Shown: positions 1 to 12,955 of the stretch, piece by piece | Layout: every line of letters starts with the position of its first letter | How positions within the stretch are numbered: the first letter of the stretch is position 1 | Position numbers and translations under genes: made by a program | Notes under the pieces: generated by a model | Told to the model about the DNA's origin: nothing | What the model saw: only the letters and a program-made list of their open reading frames with translations | Database searches by the model: none | From: Octopus sinensis | Taxonomy: Eukaryota | DNA length: 64,000 nt | Assembly (NCBI RefSeq): GCF_006345805.1 | Contig: NC_043006.1 | Coordinates: forward strand, 17,236,001-17,300,000 | Reading direction: 5' to 3'

Positions 1-195
1 ACAAACAAGGACAGACACACGGATTAAGTTGATAACATCAACCCCAGTGCATAACTGGTACTTAATTTATCGACCCCCAAAAGGATGAAAGGCAAAATTG
101 ACCTCGGTGGAATTTGAACTCAGAACGTAGCAGCAGACGAAATACCACTAAGCATTTCATCCGGCGTGCTAGCGTTTCTGCCAGCTTGCTGCCTT
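1..195 (-). mobile_element. tRNA-derived SINE with Meta-like central domain (family S2), truncated by window edge
   Basis: Reverse complement matches copies at 26826-27060, 51627-51859 and 54426-54662; contains B-box-like gagttcaaattcc and Meta-like gcctttcatccttt.gggtcgataaattaagtacc. Confidence 0.85.
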
Positions 196-394
196 AAGTG
201 CACAACTGGTATTTCTGTCATCAAACTCTATGTCATCAATCATGAAAGGATGAAAAGCAAAGTCGATCTTGGTAGAATTTGAACTCAGAATATAATAATT
301 CTGCCATCTCACCTTATATATATATATGTTGATTCACTAGCTTCTGCACGCATTTTTTCTCTCCTTGTTTCTTTCCGTGTTTCTTTTCTGTGTA

Positions 395-432
395 TCTTTC
401 TGTTGAAGAGCGTAGGCTCGAAACGTAAAAGA
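395..432 (+). ncRNA. Minimal type I hammerhead ribozyme motif (A6U core variant) inside a ~200 bp element between (TA)n tracts
   Basis: TCTTT CTGTTGA A GAGC-gtag-GCTC GAAA CG TA AAAGA: stem I TCTTT/AAAGA, stem II GAGC/GCTC, palindromic ACGT in place of stem III, GUA triplet. Confidence 0.65.
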
Positions 433-528
433 CTTGTTTTATTTATATTCCTGAGCGCCATACTAATACAATTGTTTGTTTGTATTCCACCTGCCTTCGT
501 CTTTTGTTTATTTTCATAAAGCTTTCCG

Positions 529-561
<33 letters not shown>

Positions 562-2158
562 ACAGCCTTTTTTCTATCAAATCGTCTCACAAGACTATGT
601 AGGCTTAAGGTGCTATGCAATAGGATTGAACCTCGAAACACTTGGTTGGGAAGCAAGTTTCTTAACCACACAGCTATGTCTGAAGATTTAGTTTTTTTTC
701 TTTTCTTTTTTTCTTTTCTTTTTATTTTAGATATTTTTAATTCTTGTGTGTTTGTGTGTGATTTTTATTTTATATCTTCATTTAATCACTATTTAAGCAT
801 CATGACCAATATCTAATTAAAAGGTCATTTAGTTAAATGTTAAATACTTTCTCTGTTTCACGTTGGAGGAAGCCAGAGAAACGTAAGTTGTAATTTTGTG
901 TGATGACATTAACTTGTTCAATGAATAAGTATTGTGAATGAAGTATTCACTCACACCAACAAGGGAACCTTAATGTGGTCAGCCAATATACTAGAAATAA
1001 TAGTAAAATCTCTCACAGATCACACCCTATCATGTTAAATAAGAAAAGGATACATAACATTATTGTACATAACTCCAAAAGCCTGCATCCTGCATTAGAC
1101 ATTACAATGCAAGGAGTACAAAAAGAATTAAATAAGATGGTCACAGCTGGATTGCCTTTTGTCATAGATTTCTTTTAGATAAGCCAAGTCTTCCACAAAT
1201 CATTATCATTGCTTTACTGTCCTCTTTTCCATATTTGCATGGGTCAGATGGACTTCATTGAGGCAGATTTTCTAGGGATGGATGAATTTTATGTTGCCAA
1301 CCCTCACTTCCAAGTAAGGTAATGGTCACTGCCTGGCTGGATATGCTTTCTTCAAAGATTGGAAACGAAGGGCACCACTTGTATGATGGTAATGCTTGCT
1401 TACAGCTACCATGCACAGTCAAGACAACACATAACACACCTTTTTTTTTACCTTCCATATACTCAGAAAACTTTCACCAGTTCGGAACTGTAACAGAAGA
1501 GAGTTGCATAAGGTACCATGCAGTGGGGCTGAACCCAAAGCCATTGGATTGCAAAGCCAAAATCTCAGGCACACACTCACACCTGCACTCCACTATGTTA
1601 AATAAAGAGAGGATACATCAGATAATGCATTCAAAGATATCCTCTAGAAAAAGGTGGAACACACATAGTTTGAAGGCCTTTGATCACAAATCTGCTTAGT
1701 CAGGGTTGAGTTAAGACTTCACAGCAAAGCAATTTGTGTTTGTATATCTAAAACGAAATAATTATATATAATGTATTTAGTTATATAAAGAGGTCTGTCG
1801 CCAGTTCAGTATTTGATCTGCATCAAAAATATGAAAAATGTAAATAGAACACACCTTTTTTAATTAACATAAGGTTTGTAATATTGTCCATTGATTACAT
1901 TAGCAATGGGAGTGTTGTCTTTGATTGACACATCTTAATTAATGCATCTTTTAAAATTAAAGTATTTGTGTAATGGTCAACATTAATTTAGTATCATCAT
2001 AAACACTGAGATGAGTTAAGAAATACTTTTCCCACCTGTATTACCACAATTTGTATTACTCATATCAGTTGAATAAATATTATTTGATGAGGGTACCTGA
2101 CCAGGTGTTAAATGTGATGAGTGCCCTTTTCTTTTGCTTGTCCACTCACTCGTGTGTG

Positions 2159-2204
<46 letters not shown>

Positions 2205-2221
2205 ATTATATATATATATAC

Positions 2222-2405
2222 GGGTGGCACGTAAAAAGCACCCACTACACTCACGGAGTGGTTGGCGTTAGGAAGGGCATCCAGCCGTAGAAACACTGCC
2301 AGATCTGACTGGGCCTGATGAAGCCTTCCAGCTTCACAGACCCCAGTTGAACCGTCCAACCCATGCTAGCATGGAGAACGGACGCTAAATGATGATGATG
2401 ATGAT
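2222..2405 (+). mobile_element. Non-autonomous retroelement/SINE family S4 ending in (GAT)n
   Basis: gtggcacgtaaaaagcaccc...ggttggcgttaggaagggcatccagc...acccatgctagcatgga...(gat)n; many copies in window, e.g. 30120, 42626, 52317, 53746, 63838. Confidence 0.85.
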
Positions 2406-2513
2406 ATATATTGATAAAAACGGTAAGATGACAAAAGAAAGAAAGAGACCTCAATATTATGTAAATAGAAGAATTTATCTGTAAAATAATATGTGACAAT
2501 TATTCGGTAGCCA

Positions 2514-2574
2514 AGGTAAAACTCCGAGTTTCAGATGCCGAGGTGGAAATCCATGCCACCATCTTCAGTTATCT
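2514..2574 (-). ncRNA. Degenerate type I hammerhead ribozyme motif
   Basis: Reverse complement: AGATAA CTGAAGA [29 nt irregular stem II region with GGTGG/CCACC] GAAA CTC g GAG TT TTAcCT; stem I has one mismatch. Confidence 0.45.
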
Positions 2575-2665
2575 GGCCATCGGAAAAATGCTATGAAAAA
2601 TGACCCTTATACAAAGGGAAATTTGTATATGCATGTGTATATATTGTATATATGTATACATGTAC

Positions 2666-2696
<31 letters not shown>

Positions 2697-3964
2697 TATA
2701 ACTAAGCTTGTGTTTTTGTGTGTGTATTTGTTCCCCATCACCATTTGACAACCAGTGTTGATGTGCCTACATCCCCATAACTTAGCAGTTCAGCTAAAGA
2801 AAGTGATAGAATAAGTACTAGGCTGAAGAAATAAGTCCTGGAGTCAATTTGCTCAAGGTGGTGCTCCAGCGTGGCTGTAGTCTAATGATGGAAACAAGTA
2901 AAATAATATAATGAACAAATTGTTAGTTTTTTTCATCATCCTCATCATCTTAATAATTTCTTTTGCAATTGTTCCACAAATGTAAATATCTTTGTAAAGT
3001 TGTCTTGACAATCAAGAACAAAAAAGGAAGAAAAAATCCTTAGAGAATGAGTATGTGTGAGTGTGTTTCTGTGTTCTTTCCTTGACGTTATGTGATAAGT
3101 TGTAAATGAATCCCACTGTCATATAAGCAGTGTCATTCATTTCCAGTCTTCTGTGATAAATATATCCAACCAAGGGGAAATATTACTTTGCTTGAAACAG
3201 GTGGGGATTGATGACAGGAAGAACACTTGACCATAGGAAATCAACTTCAACAATTTCCATGCAGTCATTGAAAAGTGGACATGAAAACAATGATGATGAT
3301 GATGATGATGACGGATAAAATTTGCAAAGGCATCCCAAATTATTTTTATCAACTGAGCAAACACATAAAATGTATTCTGTGTAGGCCACCCTTGATGCAA
3401 GGGAAGTGAATTTGCATAACTTAATGCTTTCCATATTTTCCATTGTTGTCGATATGGAAATTTCATGGTTGACTTAAGAAGTACAAAGGCTTTGCTGAAC
3501 ACTCTTATTTAACTTATGACTAAAGAAAAGTTGTTGTTTAACCCTTTTGATATCAACCTGCCTCTGATTGTCCCTGATTCTATGATCTAAACTTCCTGCT
3601 TGAATACTTTTGATATCAACCCACCTAAGACTTCCTTTGATTCTACAATACAAATTTCCTCTTTTAAAATGATCTAAATAAAAACCTTCTTTCATTAAAA
3701 TTCTATGTTTATCAATGTTCCAAGTAACAGCTTAATGACAACATAGTTATTTTAATAAATACTTCATTATTTTCATAATTAATTGAAAGAAAGGCAGTGT
3801 ATTTTAACTGAAATATAATAACAAAAGGATTAAGAAGTAAAAATATTTTGCTGAATTGCTCATATTTAACTTGTAACTGAAGAAAATTTATAGCCAACCC
3901 TATTGGTACCAACTCACCTAAAACTGTCCCATGTTTGGTAAGTGCAGTGTCATCAATTCATCAT

Positions 3965-4331
3965 GTGTGGTAAGTAGCTTGCTAACCAACCACATGGTTC
4001 CGGGTTCAGTCCCACTGCGTGGCATCTTGGGCAAGTGTCTTCTGCTATAGCCCCGGGTCAACCAATGCCTTGTGAATGGATTTGGTAGACGGAAACTGAA
4101 AGAAGCCTGTCGTATATATGTATATATAGATATATATATGTATGTATGTGTTTGTGTGTCTGTGTTTGTCCCCCTAGCATTGCTTGGCAACCGATGTTGG
4201 TGTGTTTACGTCCCCGTCACTTAGCAGTTCGGCAAAAGAGACCGATAGAATAAGTACTGGGCTTACAAAGAATAAGTCCCGGGGTCGATTTGCTCGACTA
4301 AAGGCGGTGCTCCATCATGGCCGTAGTCAAA
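3965..4331 (+). mobile_element. tRNA-derived SINE family S1 (CORE-like cttgggcaagt, internal TA/TG microsatellite)
   Basis: Near-identical to copies at 17821, 24229, 36696 and 58541; ends gactgaaacaagtaaaagag. Confidence 0.85.
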
Positions 4332-4442
4332 TGACTGAAACAAGTAAAAGAGTATATGAATTTTTTGATGTAATTTTTCAACTTTAATTTTTCTTTCCAT
4401 TTTTTTCCCCCCAAAAATAGTTTTTAACTATTAATGGTGAGA

Positions 4443-5102
4443 ATGAAGAAAGCAGCGAACGTATTAAACTAGAAACCGGTGAACTAAAGGATGTAGCCGA
4501 GTTAACGTATTTAGGTAGTAAGATAACGTTTATTGGCAGCGATGATGAGGATATTAAGACAAGAATAAGTAAGGCAAGGACCGCTTTTCACCTGTTGAAA
4601 AAAATATGGAGCGCAAGTGTAATTTCAATAAAGAACAAAATAAGAATTTTTAATACTAACGTAAAAGCGGTGTTATTGTATGGGGCTGAGACATGGCGAA
4701 CAACAGTTAAGTCAAATAAGCAAATACAATCATTCATCAACAGATGCTTGCGTAGTATACTCAAAATTAGATGACCCGAACACACAAGCAATATGGAGCT
4801 ATGGCAAAGAACAAATCAAGTTTCGATTAGGGAGCAAATATTTAAGAAAAAGTGGAAGTGGATTGGTAGCACAATTAGAAAAGACACACCAAATGTAGCG
4901 AAAAGTGCTTTACAGTGGAAACCGAATGGATATAGAAAGAGAGGTAGGCCTAAGAACTCGTGGCGTAGATCAACACAAAAGGAACTAGAGAAAGGGGGAC
5001 ATTCATGGCAGAGTATAAGTACAGAAGCGAAAAATTATGCAGCATGGAATTCAATTATAAGTGGCCTATACTCCGCGTTGGAGGGTTAAAGGTAGGAAGA
5101 AG
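4443..5102 (+). mobile_element. 5'-truncated RTE-clade LINE (RT C-terminal region, one in-frame stop)
   Basis: Translates to TYLGSKI...DIKTRISKARTAF...VLLYGAETW...WKWIG...GYRKRGRPKNSW; short (gaa)n tail; 10 bp TSD aatggtgaga at 4433-4442 and 5103-5112. Confidence 0.92.
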
Positions 5103-6061
5103 AATGGTGAGATACTATGGATATATTTTCTCAGTAAGCTTTCCTTGTGGTGAACTTTCTCTATGGTGAATTGATGGTGGTGGTCCTTGATTCTATGATA
5201 CAAACTTCCTGTTTGAAAGTGATTTAAATCAAAACCACTCTTCAAAAATTTCCTGTTAATTTATATTCCAAACTCCACCTTAATAACGAGAAAGTTATTT
5301 GGCAATGTTTTTGTTATTTATAATATCAATTGGAGGGTAAAAAAGCAGTATATTTTAACAGAAATATGGTAACAAAAGGACCCAGAAATAAAAACATTTT
5401 ACTGCAATGTTCTTATTTTAACTTATAACAAAAGGAAAGTTCCGGAGAAATAAATTTTCTATTGACAATCTTTGATGTGATTTCAGGAAAGTCCTAATGA
5501 AATTGCATATACAAACAAATAAACAAACAAACAAATAAATAAATAGATAAATAAACAAAAGAAAGTAATATGTTTGATCTTTTTTTCTAATGTGAAATAG
5601 AATTGTGCTCAGATTGAATGTTTTATGGCTAATTATTTGACATAATGGATATAACTAGTTTCCTCTTGCTGATAAAGTATATGAAAAAAAGAAAAAAATA
5701 CAAATGTTTTTCTTTTATTACTGTGGAATTTCCCATTTCTACAAATTATTTATAACCTATTTACCTGCACTATTTCATCCCCATAAACGCCTATGTCATG
5801 AGAGAATATTCATGCTATTAAATAGTATTCTTTCCATTCAAATCTCTATATTACCATAAACAACTCTCTCTCTCTCTCTCTTCTCTCCCTCTACATATAT
5901 ATTGACACAAATATGAATGAAAAGGTTTTCAATTCTCCTAACATTACTTTCTGGTTTAGCTATTTCTCTAGTAAATATTAGTTTTGTGGATCAACCATAA
6001 TCATTTTTGATTAAACTTTTACATGACTGCCAACCTTTATTTCCCTTGTCAATAACCTAGT

Positions 6062-6446
6062 GGAGGCGCAATGGCCCAGTGGTTAGGGCAGGGAACTCGC
6101 GGTCATAAGATCGCGGTTTCGATTCCCAGGCCGGGCGTTTGTGAGTGTTTATTGAGCGAAAACACCTAAAAGCTCCACAAGGCTCCGGCAGGGGATGGTG
6201 GTGATCCCTGCTGTACTCTTTCACTACAACTTTCTCTCACTCTTACTTCCTGTTTCTGTTGTACCTGTATTTCAAGGGGCCGGCCTTGTCACTCTCTGTG
6301 TCACGCTGAATATCCCCGAGAACTACGTTAAGGGTGCACGTGTCTGTGGAGTGCTCAGCCACTTACACGTTAATTTCACGAGCAGGCTGTTCCGTTGATT
6401 TGGATCAACCGGAACCCTCATCGTCGTAACCGACGGAGTGCTTCCA
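6062..6446 (+). mobile_element. tRNA-derived SINE family S3
   Basis: A box tggcccagtgg, B box ggtttcgattccc; matches 13690-14042 (-) and 41015-41399 (-); flanking tcaataacc repeat. Confidence 0.88.
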
Positions 6447-6851
6447 TCCATATCAATAACCACTACTCATTATTATGTACATGTGTACGTATGTGCATGT
6501 GTGTGTGTGTGTGTGTGTGTTTTGTTCCACATTTCAACATTATTTATATATTTATTTCCACTTGTCTGAAAATTTTATGCATATTTTTCGTACTTTTCAT
6601 TTTTTCCGAGTCTTCCGCTTCACCTTACAAGTTTTACTTTTAAACACAGCTTACAAAGAACCTCCGGCTTATAAATGCATATGAGTTTATCAATGAAGGA
6701 GTTTGTACTGGGTTTCTTGGCCAAATCACACTTTAACACATCAATATTTTCATCACCATATTCTTATGAAAACACATTGCTTTTCTTTCAATTAATGTTG
6801 GAAATAATGAAGAATTTAGTAAAATAATTATCTTTATTAAACTAATGTAGG

Positions 6852-7001
6852 AGGCGTAGGAGTGGCTGTGTGGTAAGTAGCTTGCTTACCAACCACATGG
6901 TTCTGGGTTCACTCCCACTTTTCTACTATAGCCTCGGGCCGACCAAAGCCTTGTGAGTGGATTTGGTAGACAGAAACTGAAAGAAGGCTGTTGTATATAT
7001 G

Positions 7002-7032
<31 letters not shown>

Positions 7033-7243
7033 GTTTGTGTGTCTGTGTTTTTCCCCCCCAACATCGCTTGACAACTGATGCTGGTGCGTCACGTCCCCGT
7101 AACTTAGCGGTTTGGCAATAGAGACTGATAGAATAAGTACTAGGCTCACAAAGAATAAGTCCTGGGTTCGATTTGCTTGACTAAATGCAGTGCTCCAGCA
7201 TGGCCACAGTCAAATGACTGAAACAAGTAAAAGAGTAAAGAGT
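6852..7243 (+). mobile_element. SINE family S1
   Basis: Full head and tail of S1; a further copy lies at 7476-7883. Confidence 0.85.
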
Positions 7244-8518
7244 AATGTTTGGAATATAATTTAACATGGAATTTTGATAAAAACTTTTAACTTAAATAAT
7301 TCTAAAACAGGGAGTTTATAAAATAAAACCAGTGGTGGTCTTCAGCAGGTTGGTTCCAGAATGATTGGTGGAGAGAAATTATGCCCGAAAAGACCTGGGT
7401 GGTCATGGTTGAAATGTTTTTGATCTTAGGCCTGCTTGACCAAAGCTGACCTGGGACTAAACATCAATAAATAAGAGTGGCTGTGTGGTAAGTAGCTTGC
7501 TTACAAACCATATGTTTCTGGGTTCAGTCCCATTGTGTGGCACCTTGGACAAGTGTCTTCTACTATAACCTCGGGCTGACCAAAGCCTTGTGTGTGGATT
7601 TGGTAGACAGAAACTGAAACAAGCCCGTTGTATATATGTATATATGTGTGTGTGTGTGTATGTGGTGTATATGTTTGTATGTCTGTGTTTGTCCCTCCAA
7701 CATCGCTTGACAACTGATGCTGGTGTGTTTATGTCCCCATAACTTAGCAGTTCAGCAAAAGAGACTGATAGAATAAGTACTAGGCTTACAAAGAATAAGT
7801 CCTGGGGTCAATTTGCTCAATTAAAGGCGGTGCTCCAGCATGGCTACCGTCAAATGACGGAAACAAGTAAAAGAGTAAAAGAGTATAATCCTTTTATTGT
7901 ATGTCGATATGACATTAGGGGCAGGTATGGTTGTTTGTTTAAGAAGATTGCTTCCCAAATATGTGGTCTCTGGTTCTGTCTCACTGCAGGGCACCTTGGG
8001 CAAATGTCTTCTACTATAATCCTGAGCTGACGAGAACCTTGTAAGCTGTTTGGTTGACAGAAACTGAGAGAAGCAAGGTCTGTTTGTGTGTGCACATGCA
8101 TGTGTGTGTGTGTATGTGTGTGTGCGTGTATGTGTGTATGCAAGTTAGTGGAAAATGGATCTTAAAACAATGATGGCAATGCTGTTGACGTGTGTGTGTG
8201 TGTGTGTGTGTATACTCTTGTCTTGGCATTATATGATGGTTGTAAATTAGTATCATCTTCATACAAGTGATGTTTCCTCATTATTCCATGGAATACATGT
8301 CCGACCATGTGACAATTATTACCTTGCTTGAAAACAGGGGAGGGTTAGTGACAGGAAGCGCATCCAGCTGTGGAAAACCTGCCTCAACAAATTCCATCCG
8401 ACTCATGCAAGCATGGAAAAGTGGACATTAATTGATGATGGTGTGATGAATTTTTTTAATTTTAATTCAAGGCATTATTTGTAAATGCTAAGAATTTTAT
8501 TACGTTATTTGATTCCAG

Positions 8519-8577
8519 ACAGTTCATTCTTAAGTAGCCGTCTTGAAAACACCAGTTTGTCAACATTATGCAGTTTA
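8519..8577 (+). CDS. Candidate internal exon of an unidentified gene (SSFLSSRLENTSLSTLCSL)
   Basis: Unique sequence; acceptor ttatttgattccag, strong donor gtaagt at 8578; open frame ends in phase 0, compatible with exon 18692. Confidence 0.35.
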
Positions 8578-9085
8578 GTAAGTCAGTGTTCCAATCTTGT
8601 ATTTGCTGTGTCCATTTAGAGGTGTAAATATAATGTGTACCTGTTAGAAAGGCCATCGTAAGTTCATGTAACCTTCACTTAAAATGTCTACGTTTGATTA
8701 CTATATCCTCTTGTTGACACTAATCACCATTCCTTTGATCGGTACTGCTGTCTTTAGAAGAGGTTTACATTGTTTCAATGACATTCAGATGTTTGGCTTT
8801 AGTAAATAATATAAAACCGAAGACGGAATTTGTCTTAATGAAAATAAATATAAAGATACGCTGTAGATCAAGTGAACTAATTTTGACATGAGATATTCAT
8901 TTAAGATTGCAGTTGTTAATATTGATTTCAGATTTTGGCACAAGGCTTCTAAGTTTGGTGGGAAGGGTAAGGTGATTGCATTAACCTCAGTTTTAACTGG
9001 TACTTATTCCATTGGCCCTGAAAGGATGAAAAGTAAAGTTGGCTTTCATGGAATTTGAACTCAGAACATAAAGACAGACGAAATA

Positions 9086-9318
9086 CTTATTTCTTTATTA
9101 CCCACAAGGGGCTAAACACAGAGAGGACAAACAAGGACAGACAAATGGATTAAGTCAATTACATCGACCCCAGTGCATAACTGGTACTTAATTTATTGAC
9201 CCCGAAAGGATGAAAGGCAAAGTTGACCTTGGCGGAATTTGAACTCAGAACGTAACGCAGACGAAATACTGCTAAGTATTTCGCCTGGCGTGCTAATGAT
9301 TCTGCCAGCTCACCGCCT
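9086..9318 (-). mobile_element. SINE family S2 nested in an older S2-related copy
   Basis: Full reverse-complement S2; older fragment at 8930-9085 in the same orientation. Confidence 0.8.
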
Positions 9319-9679
9319 TTGTAGTTGGTAATTTTAATGATAATGAAGGGGTGGAAGATTGGAAAAATCATTAGAGCAGTGATAAAATGCCTTGTGGTGT
9401 TTACTTACTGCTATTTACATTCTGAGCTCAAATCTTGGAGGATGTCAGCTTTACCTTTTAATTAAAATATAAAACCATGAGAAAGCAAAACACTTATAAA
9501 TAGATTTACAATCTACTGACTAAAATTTCTACCATCTCATACAGAATTTAAATAACATTATTTATTATAAGTACTAGTCAATATTGGGTTGCCATAATCA
9601 ACACTGTATACTTCCTGTCTCTCTTAAATAAAAAGAAAATATGTGTGACCTTGTACAATGTTAAAAGTCAATAATAGTA

Positions 9680-9713
<34 letters not shown>

Positions 9714-9715
<2 letters not shown>

Positions 9716-10256
9716 CCCCGATGCAGTACCAGGCAGTGGCTCTCATGGCTTCTGATCTTAACTGATTGGAAGTGGTATCATGTACATTGCTTTGTCTTGG
9801 TATAAAAGATGGGCTACAGCAAATATTCTGCTCAATACCACAGATTTGCCTGTCAGTTGTTTGACCATGTCCCTTAGTGGCTGACGATATGTGCATCTCT
9901 GACCACGAGCAGAAGTAGTGGGGGAGCATCAAAGCCATGTGTCGAGAGGGATTCTTTGGGGTTTGAATAATTCACCTCTGGAAACATGGGTGTTTCGTTC
10001 AACATCCTTAAACAACCCTTATTCAGGGACCTTTTGAACGTGATGGGTTACTTGACCAGAAGTAAATTCTGACTGGGCCTCACCTGCAAGGTCATATGCT
10101 GTTTATCTTAATATGAGATCACCATGTCACGCACATATGGTTGTGATGCATGTGCCTAGTGTACCCTTATCAGACGGGTAGTCATGATGGGTATATTGGG
10201 CTTCCTATATTTTATCCCAGTGTCACTTTGATGGCATGCACTGCTCTCACACTCAA
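9714..10256. mobile_element. Probable interspersed repeat inserted in an (AAT)n tract
   Basis: Higher-GC ~540 bp block bounded on both sides by (aat)n; single copy in window, so family unconfirmed. Confidence 0.4.
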
Positions 10257-11015
10257 CAACAATAATAATAATAATAATAATAATAATAATCCTTTTTACT
10301 AAAGGCACAAGGCTTGAAATTTTGAGGGAGGGGAGAGTTGATTATATCAGCCCCTTTGTTCAACTGCTACTCAATTTATCAACCCCTGAAAGGATTAAAG
10401 GCAAAATCAACATTGGCAGAATTTGAACTCAAAACATAAAACCAGATGAAATGCTACTAAGCATCTTGGTTGAATTGAAAAGCAAAGAACAACACAGTTC
10501 TCATCCTTTTTCCCTCTCTAGCAGCAAACAATTAACCTAACTTCTGCCCATTAAAAGTATTCCAGTACATCATCGTTGTCATTTCTCCTAGTACTATGAA
10601 ACTGCTAACTACTACTAAGCTTTCTTTACTGACTCTGCACGTGAACAAAAACTGTGAATAATATTCCTTCTTTCTGATGTTCTTTATTACATTGTCTCCT
10701 GGACTTTGAGCAATTTTAGCATAAACATAACCTGTTACATTTGGAGAATACAATGAGATTCGAATCTTTGTTACTTTCGACATCTCTTCACAATCATATT
10801 TTTACATTTTGTGACCCCTGTCATTACATTTCAATCCTTAGACAAGTCTTTTTACATTGCACTAGATGATAGGAGTAATTGTTGTGTTGAAAGATTTATC
10901 CATGTAATATCAAGCTATTTATTCATAGATCTTGTCTCTCTCTGCAAGTGACAGACATTACACTGTAGTATCAAGTATCTTACTGCTAGATGCACATTTT
11001 AACAGCAGCTATTCA

Positions 11016-11521
11016 CATTATTTACATTTGACACATATTTGTCCTCATGGGCATATGGTGTAGTGGTTAAGTGCATGGGCTACTAACCCCAAGATTCCAA
11101 GTTCGATTCCAAGCAGTGACCTGGATGATGGTGATGATTATGATGATCGTTTAACATCCGCTTTCCATGCTAGCATGGGTTGGACGATTTTGACTGAGGG
11201 CTGGCAAACCAGATGGCTGCACCAGGCTCCAATCTTGATTCGGCAGAGTTTCTACAGCTGGATGCCCTTCCTAACACCAACCTCTCCAATAATAATGATG
11301 ATAATAATAATGATAATGATGATAATAATAATAATAATATTAATAATGACATCGAAAAATACCTTAGGAATGAGAACCCAAGTTTGAAATTTCCCTGAGA
11401 CACCTGATGAAGGCTGGAGGGTATATCACGCAAAATGTGTTAACAACAAACAAGATGACAAATATCCATCAAATGTAAATAATGTAAATAACGTACATAA
11501 TTCCTCATCTCTTAAATATTG
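11016..11521 (+). mobile_element. tRNA-headed, hammerhead-bearing SINE (family H-A), decayed, with 5' inverted segment and nested S4 fragment
   Basis: 15 bp TSD aacagcagctattca (11001-11015, 11522-11536); 11016-11048 is an inverted copy of its 3' region; tRNA-like head 11049-11122; decayed CTGATGA-aggctg motif at 11404; homologous to 49229-49797. Confidence 0.85.
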
Positions 11522-12747
11522 AACAGCAGCTATTCAGTAAAGTGAAGGTGGTGGTGTTTATCTGTAGCTAAATTGGCTGGGGTTGCTATAGACAGCATCA
11601 ATGGCACAATTTGATCTTAGGTGCAGACATGGCTGTGTATTAAAGAAGTTTGCCCCCCAAAAACCATATGGATGGGTGAGGGTTCAGTCTTACTGTGTGG
11701 ATGCTGTTGGCTGAAATTCTGTACTTTAACTGTGGGTCATCCAATACCTTGTGAGTGAAGTTGGTAGGTGAAAATTGGAGAATATTGTCATGTGTGTGTG
11801 TGTGTCAGTGTCTGTGCGCACATGCATATGGGTGTTTGTATTTCTCCTTATCTCTCATGTATTTACAGTGTTTTTGCTGGGCAGTCAACCGTTGAAACAT
11901 GTCCAGGGTTCTTGACATGTTTTGACTTACTGTGAGATGTTTGTAAACATTAAGCTTATTCAAATAGTGTTGTTTGTTTTCAGTTCACTGCATAACTATG
12001 TCTGGGCAGTTTGCTTGACAGACCGCAAGATTATTACCTTGCTTGGAAACTGGTGAAGGTTGGCAACAGGAAGGGCATCTGATCATAGAAAATCTGCCTC
12101 AGTGAATTTTGACTGATCCTTAAAGGCATAGAAAACTGAGCATTAAAACGATACTGATAACCCTTATTATTCATTGTTCAAAATCTAGTTAACTCAGACA
12201 ATACACTATTTTCCTGTTGGAGCTTCATTTTGTTGCCAGCTTTAGTATTTATTTCAAGTTATATAATTATTTTGTCATGAAGCCATGAGTTCATTGATTT
12301 ACAACTGCAATTACCGAAGATGAATATAACCTGGAACTTTATAAATAGATTCTTATAGAACAGTTGTGGAATCATTCATGTATTGTCTCCCATTCATGAT
12401 CCATCTTCTAAATGGATCCATTTAATTGTATCGTTGTGTGGATATAAAAGAACTGGAGATGATGTACAGATACATACATACATGCATGCATGCATACACA
12501 CACTCACACACAAGGCCATAAGAGTGCAAATATTTCTTTTGGATTCATTATACGTTAAATAGCAAAATTAATGGTTGATAATATATTTACTGTCAATAAG
12601 TATATTTTTTTTACCCCTGATGAGACAATCTCACTTACATTTTATTTGTGAGGTTAATTAAATCTTATTGTCATTATTTAACCCTTTCATTACCGTATTT
12701 ATTTTGAGATGCTCTGTGTTTCTTTTAATTACTTTAAATATAACAAA

Positions 12748-12955
12748 CAACAATGCAGCACGGATTTTTGTCAGTGAACAGGTCGCGGTCTTAAAGCGAC
12801 GAAAATATTTTGACAAATTAAACTTAAATGTTGAAGTGAATCGAACAGCTTTTGTGTGTTTCTTAAATGGCTTACAAACACCTTCCACGCTGCAATTGTT
12901 TTCATTCCAGCACACGATCTCAGATCAAATCACTTGATATGCAAGTACATCTCCA
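12748..12955 (+). mobile_element. Short non-autonomous retroelement (family H-B) carrying a hammerhead motif
   Basis: 12 bp TSD aaatataacaaa (12736-12747, 12956-12967) inside the MITE; homologous to 25729-26050. Confidence 0.85.
12767..12817 (+). ncRNA. Minimal type I hammerhead ribozyme, G3:C8 covariant core
   Basis: TTTGTCA GTGAACA G GTCGC-ggtcttaaa-GCGAC GAAA ATAT TT TGACAAA: 7 bp stem I, 5 bp stem II, palindromic AATATT stem III. Confidence 0.7.

Noticed and set aside
6062-6135. tRNA gene
   Set aside because: tRNA-like head continues into a SINE body in multiple copies; no proper acceptor stem or terminator
12617-12636. Conserved ctgatga in both duplicated copies as a hammerhead core or C box
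   Set aside because: No downstream stem II-GAAA and no suitably placed D box with a terminal stem
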